A stretch of DNA of 64,000 bases, taken from positions 14,881,748 through 14,945,747 of the forward strand of contig NC_090417.1 in NCBI RefSeq assembly GCF_036365525.1, written 5' to 3'. Made by a program: the position numbers and the translations under genes. The notes below the pieces were generated by a model that did no database searches, was not told the DNA's origin, and worked only from the letters and a program-made list of their open reading frames with translations. This DNA comes from Heterodontus francisci (taxonomy: Eukaryota). Positions 26,290-37,997 of the stretch are shown here, in pieces. Each line of letters starts with the position of its first letter. The stretch's first letter is position 1.

Positions 26290-26298
26290 ATTGCATCA
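26290..26298 (-). promoter_or_regulatory. C/EBP-ATF response element (CARE), TGATGCAAT, in intron 1
   Basis: ATTGCATCA on the plus strand is a consensus ATF4/CEBP composite site, about 210 nt inside intron 1. Confidence 0.55.
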
Positions 26299-26379
26299 TG
26301 TCGCTCCAGACCAGCACAGCAGCGACACAGGGGTCCATGCAACTGACACCCTGCCTGCAATGGGGAAGGAGAGGATGCA

Positions 26380-26476
26380 GAGAGGGGAGGGGGATCAGTG
26401 GGGGGAGGGGAGGGGGATCAGAGGGGAGGGGGATCAGTGGGGGAGGGGAGGGGGATCAGTGGGGGAAATGGGGAGG
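26380..26476 (+). repeat. G-rich degenerate tandem repeat (gagggggatcagtgggg-like), G-quadruplex-prone
   Basis: Four GGGGGATCAG motifs separated by G-runs, immediately inside intron 1. Confidence 0.75.
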
Positions 26477-26508
26477 TGTGCAGCGCCTATGTTCCGCCAT
26501 GGCCTTAC

Positions 26509-26641
26509 CTCCTGGAGTGGTGCTGAACAGGGTGCCCCCGGGGGTGGTGCTGTAGTCGTGCGGCAGCTGGCCCGAGTCGCTGACGATCACCCTGCGGGTG
26601 GGAATGGTGCGGCTCTCGGTTTTGTGAGCTGGGACGGACAT
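26509..26641 (-). CDS. EIF4EBP1: eIF4E-binding protein (4E-BP1-like), coding exon 1
   Basis: ATG at 26641; translates [44 protein letters not shown], which includes the 4[17 protein letters not shown] hallmark. Ends G|GTAAGG (phase-1 donor). Lies in a CpG-rich region. Confidence 0.93.
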
Positions 26642-26687
26642 CCTGTCAGTGCCTCAGCCGCTCAGCCAGCAGGAAAGCCGGGCCCAG

Positions 26688-26797
26688 ATCTCTCTCTCTC
26701 TCTCTCTCTCTCCTTCCCTTCCCTCACTCACTCACTCTCCCCGGCCCAGCCTGACCTCACTCAGCCCGCAGGCCCGCGCACACACACACACACACAC
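26688..26797. repeat. (CT)n and (CA)n microsatellites in the 5' region of the 4E-BP gene
   Basis: tctctctc run at about 26688-26712 and cacaca run at about 26779-26797. Confidence 0.85.
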
Positions 26798-26850
26798 AGC
26801 CAGGCCCCAGCCACCGGCCACCAACAACATCCGCTCACCGGCCTCCCCAC

Positions 26851-27135
26851 ACGCGTCATCTTCGGAGACCCGCCGGAAACAGCCGAGCGGCTTCGGGGAG
26901 ACCGCTCGCCACCCGACCAATCACCGAGTCGCGCGTCATCTTCGGAGATCCGCCGGAAACAGCCGAACGGCTTCGGGGAGACCGCTCGCCACCCGACCAA
27001 TCACCGAGTCGCGCGACATCCTCGGAGCTCCGCCGGAAACAGCCGAGCGGCTTCGGGGAGACCGCTCGCCACCCGACCAATCACCGAGTCGCGCGTCATC
27101 TTCGGAGATCTGCCGGAAACAGCCGAGCGGCTTCG
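26851..27135. repeat. 80-bp tandem repeat, about 3.5 copies, upstream of exon 1
   Basis: Units start at 26851, 26931, 27011 and 27091 (partial). Near-identical unit: (g)cgcgtcatcttcggagatccgccggaaacagccgagcggcttcggggagaccgctcgccacccgaccaatcaccgagtc. Confidence 0.95.
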
Positions 27136-27723
27136 TCTTTCGTCTCGTGTCGGCCCTGCGGCTGCGCAGTCTCTGCTCCCCTTGCCTCTGCTGCTGTTCT
27201 GACAGACACAGATTGAATCCAAATCCAATCTCTCTCCATCAACTGTATCTTCATCAGTTTTATTATTTAGTCAGTTTTCCCTTTCATGTTCAATGGACTC
27301 TAACTGTTGGGGGATGAATTGCTTTAACAGCTAACTATTGAAGAATCTGATAAAATGCCACACAACAAAGTCTGGAATAAAAGGGACGAAAGCAACATGG
27401 ATACGAAAGTGGCTGAGTGATAGGAAACAAAGAGTAGTGGTTAATGGATGCTTTTTGGGCTGGAGGAAGGTTTGTAGTGGAGTTCCCCAGGGATCTGTGC
27501 TGGGACCCTCGCTTTTCCTGATATATATTAATGATCTGGACCTTGGTGCACAGGGCACAATTTCAAAGTTTGCAGATGATGGGAAACTTGTAAGCATTGT
27601 GAACTGTGAGGATAGTGTAGAACTTCAAAAGGACATCGACAAGTTGGTGGAATGGGCAGACAGGTGGCAGATGAAGTTCAATGCAGAAAAATGTAAGGTG
27701 ATTCACTTTGATAGGAAGAACTT

Positions 27724-28070
27724 TTAGTTTAGAGATACAGCACTGAAACAGGCCCTTCGGCCCACCGAGTCTGTGCCGACCATCAACCACCCATTTATAC
27801 TAATCCTGCATTAATCCCATATTCCTACCACATCCCCACCTGTCCCTATATTTCCCTACCGCCTACCTACACTAGGGGCAATTTATAAGGGCCAATTTAC
27901 CTATCAACCTGCAAGTCTTTGGCATGTGGGAGGAAACCAGAGCACCCAGAGGAAACCCACGCAGACACAGGGAGAACTTGCAAACTCCACACAGGCAGCA
28001 CCCAGAATTGATCCCGGGTCGCTGGAGCTGTGAGGCTGCGGTGCTAACCACTACGCCACTGTGCCGCCCT
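27724..28070 (-). mobile_element. HE1/V-type SINE with TSD AACTT
   Basis: Full head and tail; AACTT at 27719-27723 and 28071-28075. Confidence 0.92.
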
Positions 28071-28169
28071 AACTTGGAGAGACAATATAGAATAAAGGAT
28101 ACAATTCTGAAGGAGGTGCAGGAGCAGAGGGACCTGGGTGTGTATGTGCAAAAATGATTGAAGGTGGCA

Positions 28170-30519
28170 CAATCACAAAGAATCACACAATCACAAGAGT
28201 TGTTACAAGAGCATGCAGCTTATCGTGTTCACACCGGCTCTCCGGAAGAGCAATTCACCTTGTCTCATTCCCGCCGACTTCTCCCCATAACCTTGCACAT
28301 TCGTCCTTTTCATATAACTGTCTGATTCCCTTTTGAATGCTTCAATTGAACCTGCCTCCACCACACTCTCAGGCAGCGCATTCCAGACCTTAACCACTCG
28401 CTGCGTGAAAAAGTTTTTCCTCATGGCGCTTTTGCTTCTCTTAGCAAATACTTAAAATCTGTGCCCTCTCGTTCTGAATCCTGTCCCGAGTGTGAACAGT
28501 TTCTCCCTGTCCACTCTGTCCAGACCACTCATGATTTTAAATACCTCGATCAAATCTCCTCAGCCTTCTCTTCTCTGAGGAAAACAGTCCTAACTTCTCC
28601 AATCTATCTTCCGAACTGAAATTCCTCATCCCTGGAACCATTCTCGCGAATCTTTTCTGTACTCTCTCCAATGCCCTCAAGCCTCCCCCAAGTGCAGTGC
28701 CCAGAATTGGACACAATACTCCAGCTGAGGCCCAAGTAGTGTCTTGTACAAGTTCAACATAATTTCTTTGCTCTTGTACTCGATGCCCCAATTAATAAAG
28801 CCCAGGATACTGTCTGCTTTATTAACTGTGCTCTCAATCGGTCCTGCCACCTTCAATGACTTATGCACATATACACCATGCCCTCTGCTTTACACCCACT
28901 TTAGAATTGTATCCTTTATTCTATATTGTCTCTCCAGGTTCTTCCGACCAATATGAATCACTTCACATTTCTCCACACTGAACGTCAACCACTACCTACA
29001 GCGCTGGAGAAAAAGGATGTCCCAGAGGGGTCGAGGACAGGATCAATTTGGCTCAAGCTCAGGAACAAAAAAGGTGCAGTTACATTGCTCAGTGTTGTCT
29101 ACAGGCTCGCAACTAGTGGGAAGGACATGGGGAACAAATTTGCAAGGAAATTATAGAGAGATGCAAAAATTTTAGGGTACTTATAATAGGGTCCTTTCAT
29201 TATCCAAACATTGATAGTAGTGGTGTAAAGGGCAGTGAGAGGCAAGAATTCCTACAGAGTGTTCAGAAATATTCTCTACAGCAGTATGTTGTGACAGAAA
29301 GGTGACACTGCTCGACCTTGTTCTTGGCAATGAGGTGGGCCAAGTGGATCATGTGTCAGTCGGAGAACATTTAGGGGACAGTGATCATTGTATCATAGGG
29401 TTGAGGATGACTATGGAAAAGGACAAAGAACAATCCAGAGTAAGAATATGTAACTGGGGGAAAGCCAACTTCAATAGGGTAAGAATGGAGCTGGGGTGAA
29501 TAAATTGGAGTCAATAAATTGGCAGGAAAAACGGGAGCTGAACAATGGGCTACCTTCAAAGAAGAGATAGTTCAGGCACAGTCAAGGTGTGTTCCTTCGA
29601 AGGGGAAAGGTGGGGCAAACAAATCCAAAGCTCCTTGGATGATAAAAGAGGTAGAGATGAAGATAAAGAAGAAAAGGTGTGCTTATGACAGATGCCAGGT
29701 AGAAAATGTTATTGAGAACCAGGCTGAATATAGAGGGTCCAATGGGGAAGTGAAAAAGCAAATAAGAGAAACAAAGAGAGAGCATGAAAAGAGACTGGCA
29801 GCTAACATTAAAGGGAATCCCAAAGTTTCTATAAACATATAAATAATAACAGGCTGTTAAAAGGAGTGGGGCCAATTAGGGATATAAAGGAGATTTATGT
29901 GTGGAGGCAGAGGGCAAAGCTGAGCTATTAAATGAACATTAAATGAGTTGTATGTCTTTTACAAGCAAGAAGATGCAACCCAGGCAATGGTGAAAAAGGA
30001 CGTAATTGAGACATGAGAAGGGTTTAAAATTGATAAGGAGGACATATTCGATAGGCTGTCTGTACTTAAAAGTGGATAAAACACCAGGGTCGGATGAGAT
30101 GCATCCAAGGATACTGAGGGAAGTGAGGGTGGAAATCGCAGAGGCACTGGCCATAATTTTTCAGTCTTCCTTAGACTCAGGGATGGTGCCAGAGGACTGG
30201 AGAATTGCAAACGTTGCACCCTTCAAAAAAGGGTGTAAAGATAAGCCCAGCAACTACAGGCCAGTCAGTTTAACTGCGGTGGTGGGGAAACTTCCAGAAA
30301 GAATAATTCAGGACATAATTACGAGTCACATGGACAAATGCGGGTCAAAGAAAGACAGCATGCATGGATTTCCTGTGGGAAAATCATGTTTAACTAACTT
30401 GCTGGAGTTTTTTGAGGAGTGAACAGAGAGGGTTGATGAAGGCAATGCAGTTGATGTGTTGCACATAGACTTTCAAAAGGTGTTTGCTGCAATACCGCAC
30501 GACAGACTTGTGAGCAAAT
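28170..30519 (-). mobile_element. 5'-inverted CR1 insertion (3' part minus 28170-28982; inverted EN-RT part plus about 28990-30519), TSD TGGCA
   Basis: The tail repeat abuts TGGCA at 28165-28169; the second TGGCA is at 30520-30524. Confidence 0.8.
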
Positions 30520-31614
30520 TGGCAGGACAGGTTGAGAGAGAGGTTACTATAGCAAACAGCATCCTCGGCTTCATTAATAGGGGCATAGAGTACAAAAGCA
30601 AAGAAGTAATGTTAAAATATCTAGAACACTGGTTTGGCCTCGATTGGAGTACTGTGTCCAGTTCTGGGCACCACACTTTAGGAAAGTTGTGAAGGCATTA
30701 GAGAGAGTGTGGAAAAGATTCACGAGAATGGTTCCAGGGATGAGGAACTTCAGTTACATGGATAGACTGGAGAAGTTGGGACTGTTTTCCTTGGAGAAGA
30801 GAAGGCTGAGAGGAGATTTGATCGAGGTGTTCAAAATCACGAGGAGGTCTGGACATAGTAGATGGGGAGAAACTGTTCCCATTGGTGGAGGGATAGAGAA
30901 CGAGATGGCACTGAATTAAGGTAATTAGCAAAAGAAGCCAAAGTGACATGAGGAAAAACCTTTTCATGTAGCGAGTGGTTCGGATCTGGAATGTACTGCC
31001 TGAGAGTGAAGTGGAGGCAGGTTCAATCGAGGCTTTCAAGCGGGACATGGATTGTTATCTGAAAAGGAAGAATGTGCAGGGTTACGGGGAGAAGGAGGGG
31101 GAGTGGCACTCGCTGAATTGATCCTTCCGAGAGCCGGCGCAGGCACGATGGGCCGAATGGCCTCCTTCTCTACTGCAACAATTCTGCGATTATTGGTGAT
31201 AAATTGCATTAATGGCTAATTACTGGGTATAAACTGTGTTAACCACGACTTGTGGTAAATTGCTTCAACTATTAACTACTGGAAGATTTAGATTGCACTG
31301 TCTGGTTGGGGGGTAGCTGCAGAGCCAGTCGTCACCTTCAAAAGGGAATTGGAGAAAAACTTGAAGGAGGAAGAAATATAGGCATGTGGAAAACAGTTGG
31401 GAGTGGGACTAACAGGTTGGCTCTTTGAAAGAACCAACACAGACTTGATGGGCTGAAAGGCCTCCTACTGTGCTGTCCTGTTCCATGAACCACATGGTTT
31501 GATGTGGTACAGATCCAGACAGATGTTCAAGGACTAGGATAGATTCTGCTTCCTGTTGAGTTTGCTGATCACAGCTTGTAGCTTTGTTCCCGAAATGCTC
31601 CCCGACTGAAACTT

Positions 31615-33645
31615 AGACCACCTGGTCGGACTCATTCCCCAATACCAGGTCCAGGACGGCCCCATCCCTAGTTGGACTATCTGCATATTGTATCAAGAAG
31701 CCCTCCTGGATGCTCCTCACAAATTCTGCCCCATCCAAGCCTCGAGCACTAAGTGAATCCCAGTCAATATAGGGGAAGTTAAAATCACCCACCACGACAA
31801 CCCTGTTAACTTTACATCTTTCCAAAATCTGTCTACATATCTGCTCCTCTACCTCCCGCTTGCTGTTGGGAAAGGGTTGGCCCACTCAAGGACAGAGGAG
31901 GGAATCTATGTGTGGAGACAGAGGAAATGGGCGAGGTACTAAATGAGTACTTTGCAACAGTATTCACCAAAGAGAAGGACTTGGTGGATGATGAGTCTCG
32001 GGAAGGGAGTGTAGATAGTCTCAGTCATCTCATTATCAAAAAGGAGGAGGTGTTGGGTGTCTTGCAAAGCATTAAGGTAGATAAGTCCCCAGGGTCTGAT
32101 GGGATCTACCCCAGAATACTGAGGGAGGCAAGGGAAGAAATTGCTGGGGCCTTGACAGAAATCTTTGTATCCTCATTGGCGACAGGTGAGATCCCAGAGG
32201 ACTGGAGAATAGCCAATGTTGTTCCTTTGTTTAAGAAAGGTGGTAAGGATAATCCAGGAAATTATAGGCCGGTGAGCTTTACGTCAGTGGTAGGGAAATT
32301 ATTAGACAGGATTCTTCGGGACAGGATTTACTCCCATTTGGAAACAAATGGACTTATTAGCGAGAGGCAGCATGGTTTTGTGAAGGGGAGGTCGTGTCTC
32401 ACTAATTTGATTGAGTTTTTGGAGGAAGTGACGAAGATGATGAAGGAAGGGCAGTGGATGTTGTCTATATGGACTTCAGTAAAGCCTTTGACAAGGTCCC
32501 GCATGGCAGACTGGTGCAAAAAGTGAAGTCACACGGGATCAGAGGTGAGCTGGCAAGATGGATACAGAACTGGCTCGGTCATAGAAGACAGAGGGTAGCA
32601 GTGGAAGGGTGCTTTTCTGAATGGAGGGCTGTGACTAGTGGTGTTCCGCAGGGATCAGTGCTGGGACCTTTGCTGTTTGTAGTATATATAAACGATTTGG
32701 AGGAAAATGTAGCTGGTCTGATTAGTAAGTTTGCGGACGACACAAAGGTTGGTGGAGTTGCGGATAGTGATGAGGATTGTCAGAGAATACAGCAGGATAT
32801 AGATCGGTTGGAGACTTGGGCGGAGAAATGGCAGATGGAGTTTAATCCGGACAAATGTGAGGTAATGCATTTTGGAAGATCTAATACAGGTGGGAAGTAT
32901 ACAGTAAATGGCAGAACCCTTAGAAGTATTGACAGGCAGAGAGATCTGGGCGTACAGGTCCACAGTTCACTGAAAGTGGCAACGCAGGTGGATAAGGTAG
33001 TCAAGAAGGCATACGGCATGCTTGCCTTCATCGGTCGGGGCATAGAGTATAAAAATTGGCAAGTCATGTTGCAGCTGTACAGAACTTTAGTTAGGCCACA
33101 CTTAGAATATTGCGTGCAATTCTGGTCGCCACACTACCAGAAGGACGTGGAGTCTCTGGAGAGGGTACAGAAGAGGTTTACCAGGATGTTGCCTGGTCTG
33201 GAGTGCATTAGCTATGAGGAGAGGTTGGAAAAACTCGGATTGTTTTCACTGGAACGACGGAGGTGGAGGGGCGACATGATAGAGGTTTAAAAGTTATGAG
33301 AGGCATGGACAGAGTGGAGAGTTAGAAGTTTTTTCCCAGGGTGGAAGAGTCAGTTACTGGGGGACATCGGTTTAAGGTGTGAGGGGCAAAGTTTAGAGGG
33401 GATGTGCGAGGCAAGTTTTTTACACAGAGGGTGGTGAGTGCCTGGAACTTGCTGCCGGGGGAGGTGGTGGAAGCAGGTACGATAGCGACGTTTAAGAGGC
33501 ATCTTGACAAATACATGAATAGGAAGGGAATAGAGAGATATGGGCCCCGGAAGTGCAGAAGGTGTTAGTTTAGGCAGGCATCAAGATCGGCGCAGGCTTG
33601 GAGGGCCGAATGGCCTGTTCCTGTGCTGTACTGTTCTTTGTTCTT
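31615..33645 (+). mobile_element. Young CR1 LINE with an inverted 5' endonuclease segment (minus 31615-31870; plus 31872-33645)
   Basis: Minus EN motif VVVVGDFNFP; plus-strand long ORFs with [19 protein letters not shown] and FADD; tail TGTTCTTTGTTCTT. Confidence 0.9.
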
Positions 33646-35012
33646 CATCAGTGGTAAGGAAACTGCTGGAAAAAATTCTGGATGACAGGATTAATCTCCA
33701 CTTGGAGAGGCAGGGATTAATCAGGGATAGTCAGCATGGCTTTGTCAGGGGAGATCATGCCGAACAATCGTGATTGAATTTTTCGAGGAGGTGACTAGGT
33801 GTGCAGATGAGGGTAAAGCAGTTGATGTAGTCTACATGGACTTCAGTAAGGCTTTTGATAAGGTCCCGCATGGGAGATTGGTTCAGAAGGTAAGAGCCCA
33901 AGGGATCCAGGGTAATTTTGCAAATTGGATCCATAATTAACTTAGTGGCAGGAGGCAGAGGGTGATGGTCGAGGGCTGTTTTTGCGAGTGGAAGCCTGTT
34001 ACCAGTGGTGTATCATAGGGATCGGTGCTGGGACCCTTGCTGTTTGTAGTGTACATTCATGATTTAGACGTGAATATAGGAGGTATGATCAGTAAGTTCG
34101 CAGATGATTTGAAAATTGGTGGTGTCGTAAATAGTGAGGAGGAAAGCCTTAGATTACAGGACAATATAGGTGGGCTGGTAAGATGGGCGGAGCTGTGGCA
34201 AATGGAATTTAATCCTGAGAAGTGTGAGGGGATGCATTTCGGGAGGACTAACAAGGCAAGGGAATGTACAATGGATGTTAGGACACTAGGAAGTACAGAG
34301 AGTCAGCGGGACCTTGGTGTACTTGTCCATAGATCACTGAAGGCAGCAGCACAGGTAGATAAGGTGGTTCGGAAGGCATATGGGATACTTGCCTTTATTA
34401 GCCGAGGCATAGAATATAAGAGCAGGGATGGAGCTGTAGAAAACGCTAGTTAGGCCACAGCTGGAGTACTGTGTACAGTTCTGGGCACCACACTATACGA
34501 AGGATGTGATTACACTGGAGAGGGTGCAGAGGAGATTCACCAGGATGTTGTCTGGGCTGGAGCATTTCAGCTATGAAGAGAGACTGAATAGGTGAGGGTT
34601 GTTTTCCTTAGTGCAGAGAACGCTGAGGGGAGACCTGATTGAGGTATACAAAATTATGAGGGACATTGATAGGTTAGATGGGAAGAAACTTTTTCCCTTA
34701 GCGGAGGGATCAATAACCAGGGGGCATAGATTTAAGGTAAGGGGCAGGAGGTTTAGAGGGGATTTGAGGAAAGTTTTTTTCACCCAGAGGGTGGTTGGAA
34801 TCTGGAACACACTGCCTGAAGGCTTGGTAGAGGCAGGAACCCTCACAACATTTAAGAAGTATTTGGATGAGCACTTGAAACGCCATAGCATACAAGGCTG
34901 CGGGCCAAGTGCTGGAAAATGGGATTAGAATAGATAGGTGCTTGATGGCCGGTGCAGACACAATGGGCTGAAGGGCCTGTTTCTGTGCTGTATAACTCTA
35001 TGACTCTGACTC
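33646..35012 (+). mobile_element. 5'-truncated CR1 LINE
   Basis: SVVRKLLEKIL... through FADD and the 3' UTR, ending CTCTATGACTCTGACTCT. Confidence 0.92.
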
Positions 35013-35014
35013 TA

Positions 35015-36548
35015 AGCCAAGTGGCTGCAGGTGATGCTGCAGGATCCTACAAATTTCTGCGATCATTTCACATGACATCCTTTGGAGCCTCTGACATTGC
35101 CTCTGACATCTGAAGGTAATTTGTCCTTATCCTGAGGATACGATGACGTGCCAATGCCCGTTTTCGATAAGGCCTTTCCTCAATGTTATCATTCAGATCA
35201 TCCTCACCTTCCTGCTCTGACTGTTGCTGGCATTCAGACATCGTGAGTTGAGGGAAAAATAACCCTCCTTAGTCTCTCTCTTTGTTCTTGTTCCCGTGGT
35301 ATGAGACAAATTGGATGTACAAGAACCCACATTGTGATGAGTGTGGCGATTCAGCCCTCTGTTGACACTGAGCTGAAACATTGAGGCAAAGAACAGCTCC
35401 CTTATATCTGCCTTCAAATTGCCGCCAGGTAGAAGACACACCCACTGTTGTTTGCCTCCTCCCACTCTCCTTGCGTGTCCACATGGTTTCCATTATCGTT
35501 GGAGAAAATGGTGCGCGTGGAATTCAGGGCAAATCGCCCCACCTTCCAACCTCCTCCTGCAACCTTCCAGCTTGAACCCATCAACCTTGACCTACCCAAT
35601 GTTACCGTTACCCTTCTCTCCGTTACCATTGAGCCTGCCCCCACTACCGTGCACAATGTAATCATCAATGCATTCATGCCATCCCTCCCCGTTACCAATC
35701 CCATTACTATCGCCATGCCGATTCTTAACCTTGAAAATCCTCACATCAAACTGACAATTGTTGCCGAGTCCCGTTCCCCTCTGTGTGAAACTATCGAAAC
35801 CCACCCATTAGTCTTGACCTTCTCCACTACAGAATCCATTTGCCTCCACTGACTGTGACCATTCTCTCTGCCAGCCTGTACCCTCAATTTGCCTCACAGC
35901 TGCCCGATGTCAACAGCACTCATCCCTCCCTTTAGGCCCTTGCCAAATATCTTCACACAGTACTGATCTCATCTACCTACCATCACCACAGCCCACAAAA
36001 TGCAGCTTCACCCTTCACATCAACCATTCAAAAACTTGGGCACGACACTTCACGCTCCCCTGCTCCTCGCTGCACCCGATCAACCTTCCCTTCCCTCCCT
36101 GACTACCCTCCCCTGTTCCTCCACGTAGCCCCCACCCATGACATCGCTGCCATCCCCTGAGATGAATCACTCTGGTTGGTGCCGAGCCTGGAGGCAAACA
36201 TCCATTCCAAAGCTGGCATTAGTTCAGCGGCTGAGTTAAAGAGAAAACAGCACAGTCCTGAGATTCAACTGCACAAATCCGAGTGTTGCGTGCCACGTTG
36301 AAACATTCGTCAACGGGGTGACACGGGAATATTACTCACCATTCACTTCATCTGGCAGGTAGGACGAAATCGTAACTATGCTTAGGGTAATGAGTATTCA
36401 TGTTATTTAAATGAATGTAAATCTGTAATACGCCACCACGCTGGGGGATCCCCGAAATGCCACAAACCCGCTGCTGACTTAATTCCTCTACAATATCCCG
36501 CCGTCAGGAATCCAAAACAACACTCCCGCATAAATATATCATCCAGCA
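35015..36548 (-). mobile_element. PIF/Harbinger DNA transposon remnant (transposase N-terminus at 35241-35015)
   Basis: Minus strand MSECQQQSEQEGEDDLNDNIEERPYRKRALARHRILRIRTNYLQMSEA /frameshift/ ...MSCEMIAEICRILQHHLQP resembles the HARBI1-like transposase N-terminus. A TATA-like ATATAAG is at about 35407. The right boundary is uncertain. Confidence 0.55.
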
Positions 36549-37349
36549 CGCCATCTAATATGGTGCAGCGGACTGCATAAAGCTCCCCCCATTCTGTTCA
36601 AACTTGGTGCAAAACATCTTCAACTCAATTGATTCTTCTGCTCAAATCCAAGATATCTTCAACTGGCAAGTCCATTCCGATGAGCTCACAAAAGGTGTGC
36701 TGCTACAAAGTCATATCTGAACAGCTTTTGAAACAGAACATTTGCACGCCAATAGATGATGTACTGTGCAGTAAATGAAACATCTTGACTTCAGCAAAAA
36801 TCCCAATTTACAATGATGGTGCAAGTGTTTGGAATGCCATGTAAAACTCAATCGAAAAAAGAAAAATCATGAACAAACAATAACGTTTAAGTCACACTGC
36901 CTTACTGGCAGAAGAATGGTACAGTTTTCAAGACTACTAATGACAGAAAACATCTTGCAGATTTCAAGTGGATTTTAAAAAATAGATTCTTGTTCTATAC
37001 GAGCTGATCTCCCACAGCATTTCTCATGATTGGAGCATGAACCATTTAATGTGCAGTGTATTATTTTGCACTGAGTTGAATCTGTGCCCCTGGAGGCCAA
37101 AAGATCTAATTTCTGCAAGCCGGAATGACTTCAAGTCCTCTCGAGGGTGAATGATCCATTGCGGACCAGCAAGTACTTGTAAAAACTTGGAAATGATTGG
37201 CTTTCATTTTTTTGAAGATTGTTTTGTGTCTGGAATAAAATGGGACATCTTAAGTTTTTCAAAGTGAAAACATTTCTCTGTCCGATTGGACCTGTCAGGT
37301 GGTAATTTGGTGGGTCGAGGGTTTGTGGTGTGTATCGCTGAAGTCTCCT

Positions 37350-37650
37350 CCAGCCCTACTTTCCTCCAAGACCTCCAATTTTGGTGTATTGAGCAACCAG
37401 CATTTTCATCGCTGCTCCATTCGTGCCCCTGCCTTCAGCTGCTTTGGCCCTCAGCTCTGGAATTCCCTCCCGAAAGCTCTCTGCCTCTTTCCGCCATTCA
37501 GATTTTCCTTCAAACCTACCTGTTTGACCAAGGTTTTCATCACCTGTCCTGTTCTCTTTACATGGCTCAACGTCAGATTTTGTCTGGCAACAATCCTCTG
37601 AAGTGCTTTTGTGATGTTTTCCGATGTTAAAAATGTTATGTAACCTTAAA
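37350..37650 (+). mobile_element. L2-like LINE 3' end
   Basis: CCTTCAGCTGC..GGCCCT..GCTCTGGAATTCCCTCCC...AAACCTACCT.TTTGACCAAG; same family at about 40010-40290 and 46880-47560. Confidence 0.6.
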
Positions 37651-37997
37651 TCAAGTCGGGAGGTCACATTATCAAGGACTGAAAATCCTGTTGCAGAGAA
37701 GAGCAGAACAACTTGAAGGTGTACATTCCTGGAAGAGAAGTGAATTCAACAATGAAATAAAACCAAAATATGGCAGATGCTAAAAATCTAAAATTTAAAC
37801 AGAGAAAGCTCGAAATACTCCGCAGGTCAATAGATTGATTCGAACACACGAAGATCTCAAGCCTGTGTGAAAGGCTTTCCGTGCGAGAACTTGAAGCACA
37901 AAAGCTAAAATTGTCAGAAGCTGCAACAAAAAATATCCGGGTGCCATAAATGAAGCATTAGTATCTTGAAATTACTGTTTGCAATATTTAAACTAAA

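Larger units (their letters stand above)
26480..27200. promoter_or_regulatory. CpG island / promoter region of the 4E-BP gene
   Basis: Strong CpG enrichment against a CpG-depleted background, spanning exon 1 and upstream. Contains repeated CCAAT, CCGGAA and CGTCA motifs. Confidence 0.8.
27335..31190 (+). mobile_element. CR1 host element (27335-28169 joined to 30520-31190) interrupted by a SINE and an inverted CR1
   Basis: The RT frame ...DLGVYVQK.LKVA stops at 28169 and resumes GQVER..ANSILGFINRG at 30525. Confidence 0.85.

Noticed and set aside
26851-27135. CRISPR-like array
   Set aside because: The units are contiguous and near-identical with no unique spacers, there are no cas genes, and the context is eukaryotic.
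26291-27317. 303-aa and 222-aa plus-strand ORFs
   Set aside because: They are by-products of a GC-rich CpG island, microsatellites and the 80-bp repeat, have no recognisable domain, and the longer one overlaps the real minus-strand exon.
35448-35852. 134-aa ORF as a host gene
   Set aside because: No recognisable family; it lies within a probable transposon remnant.
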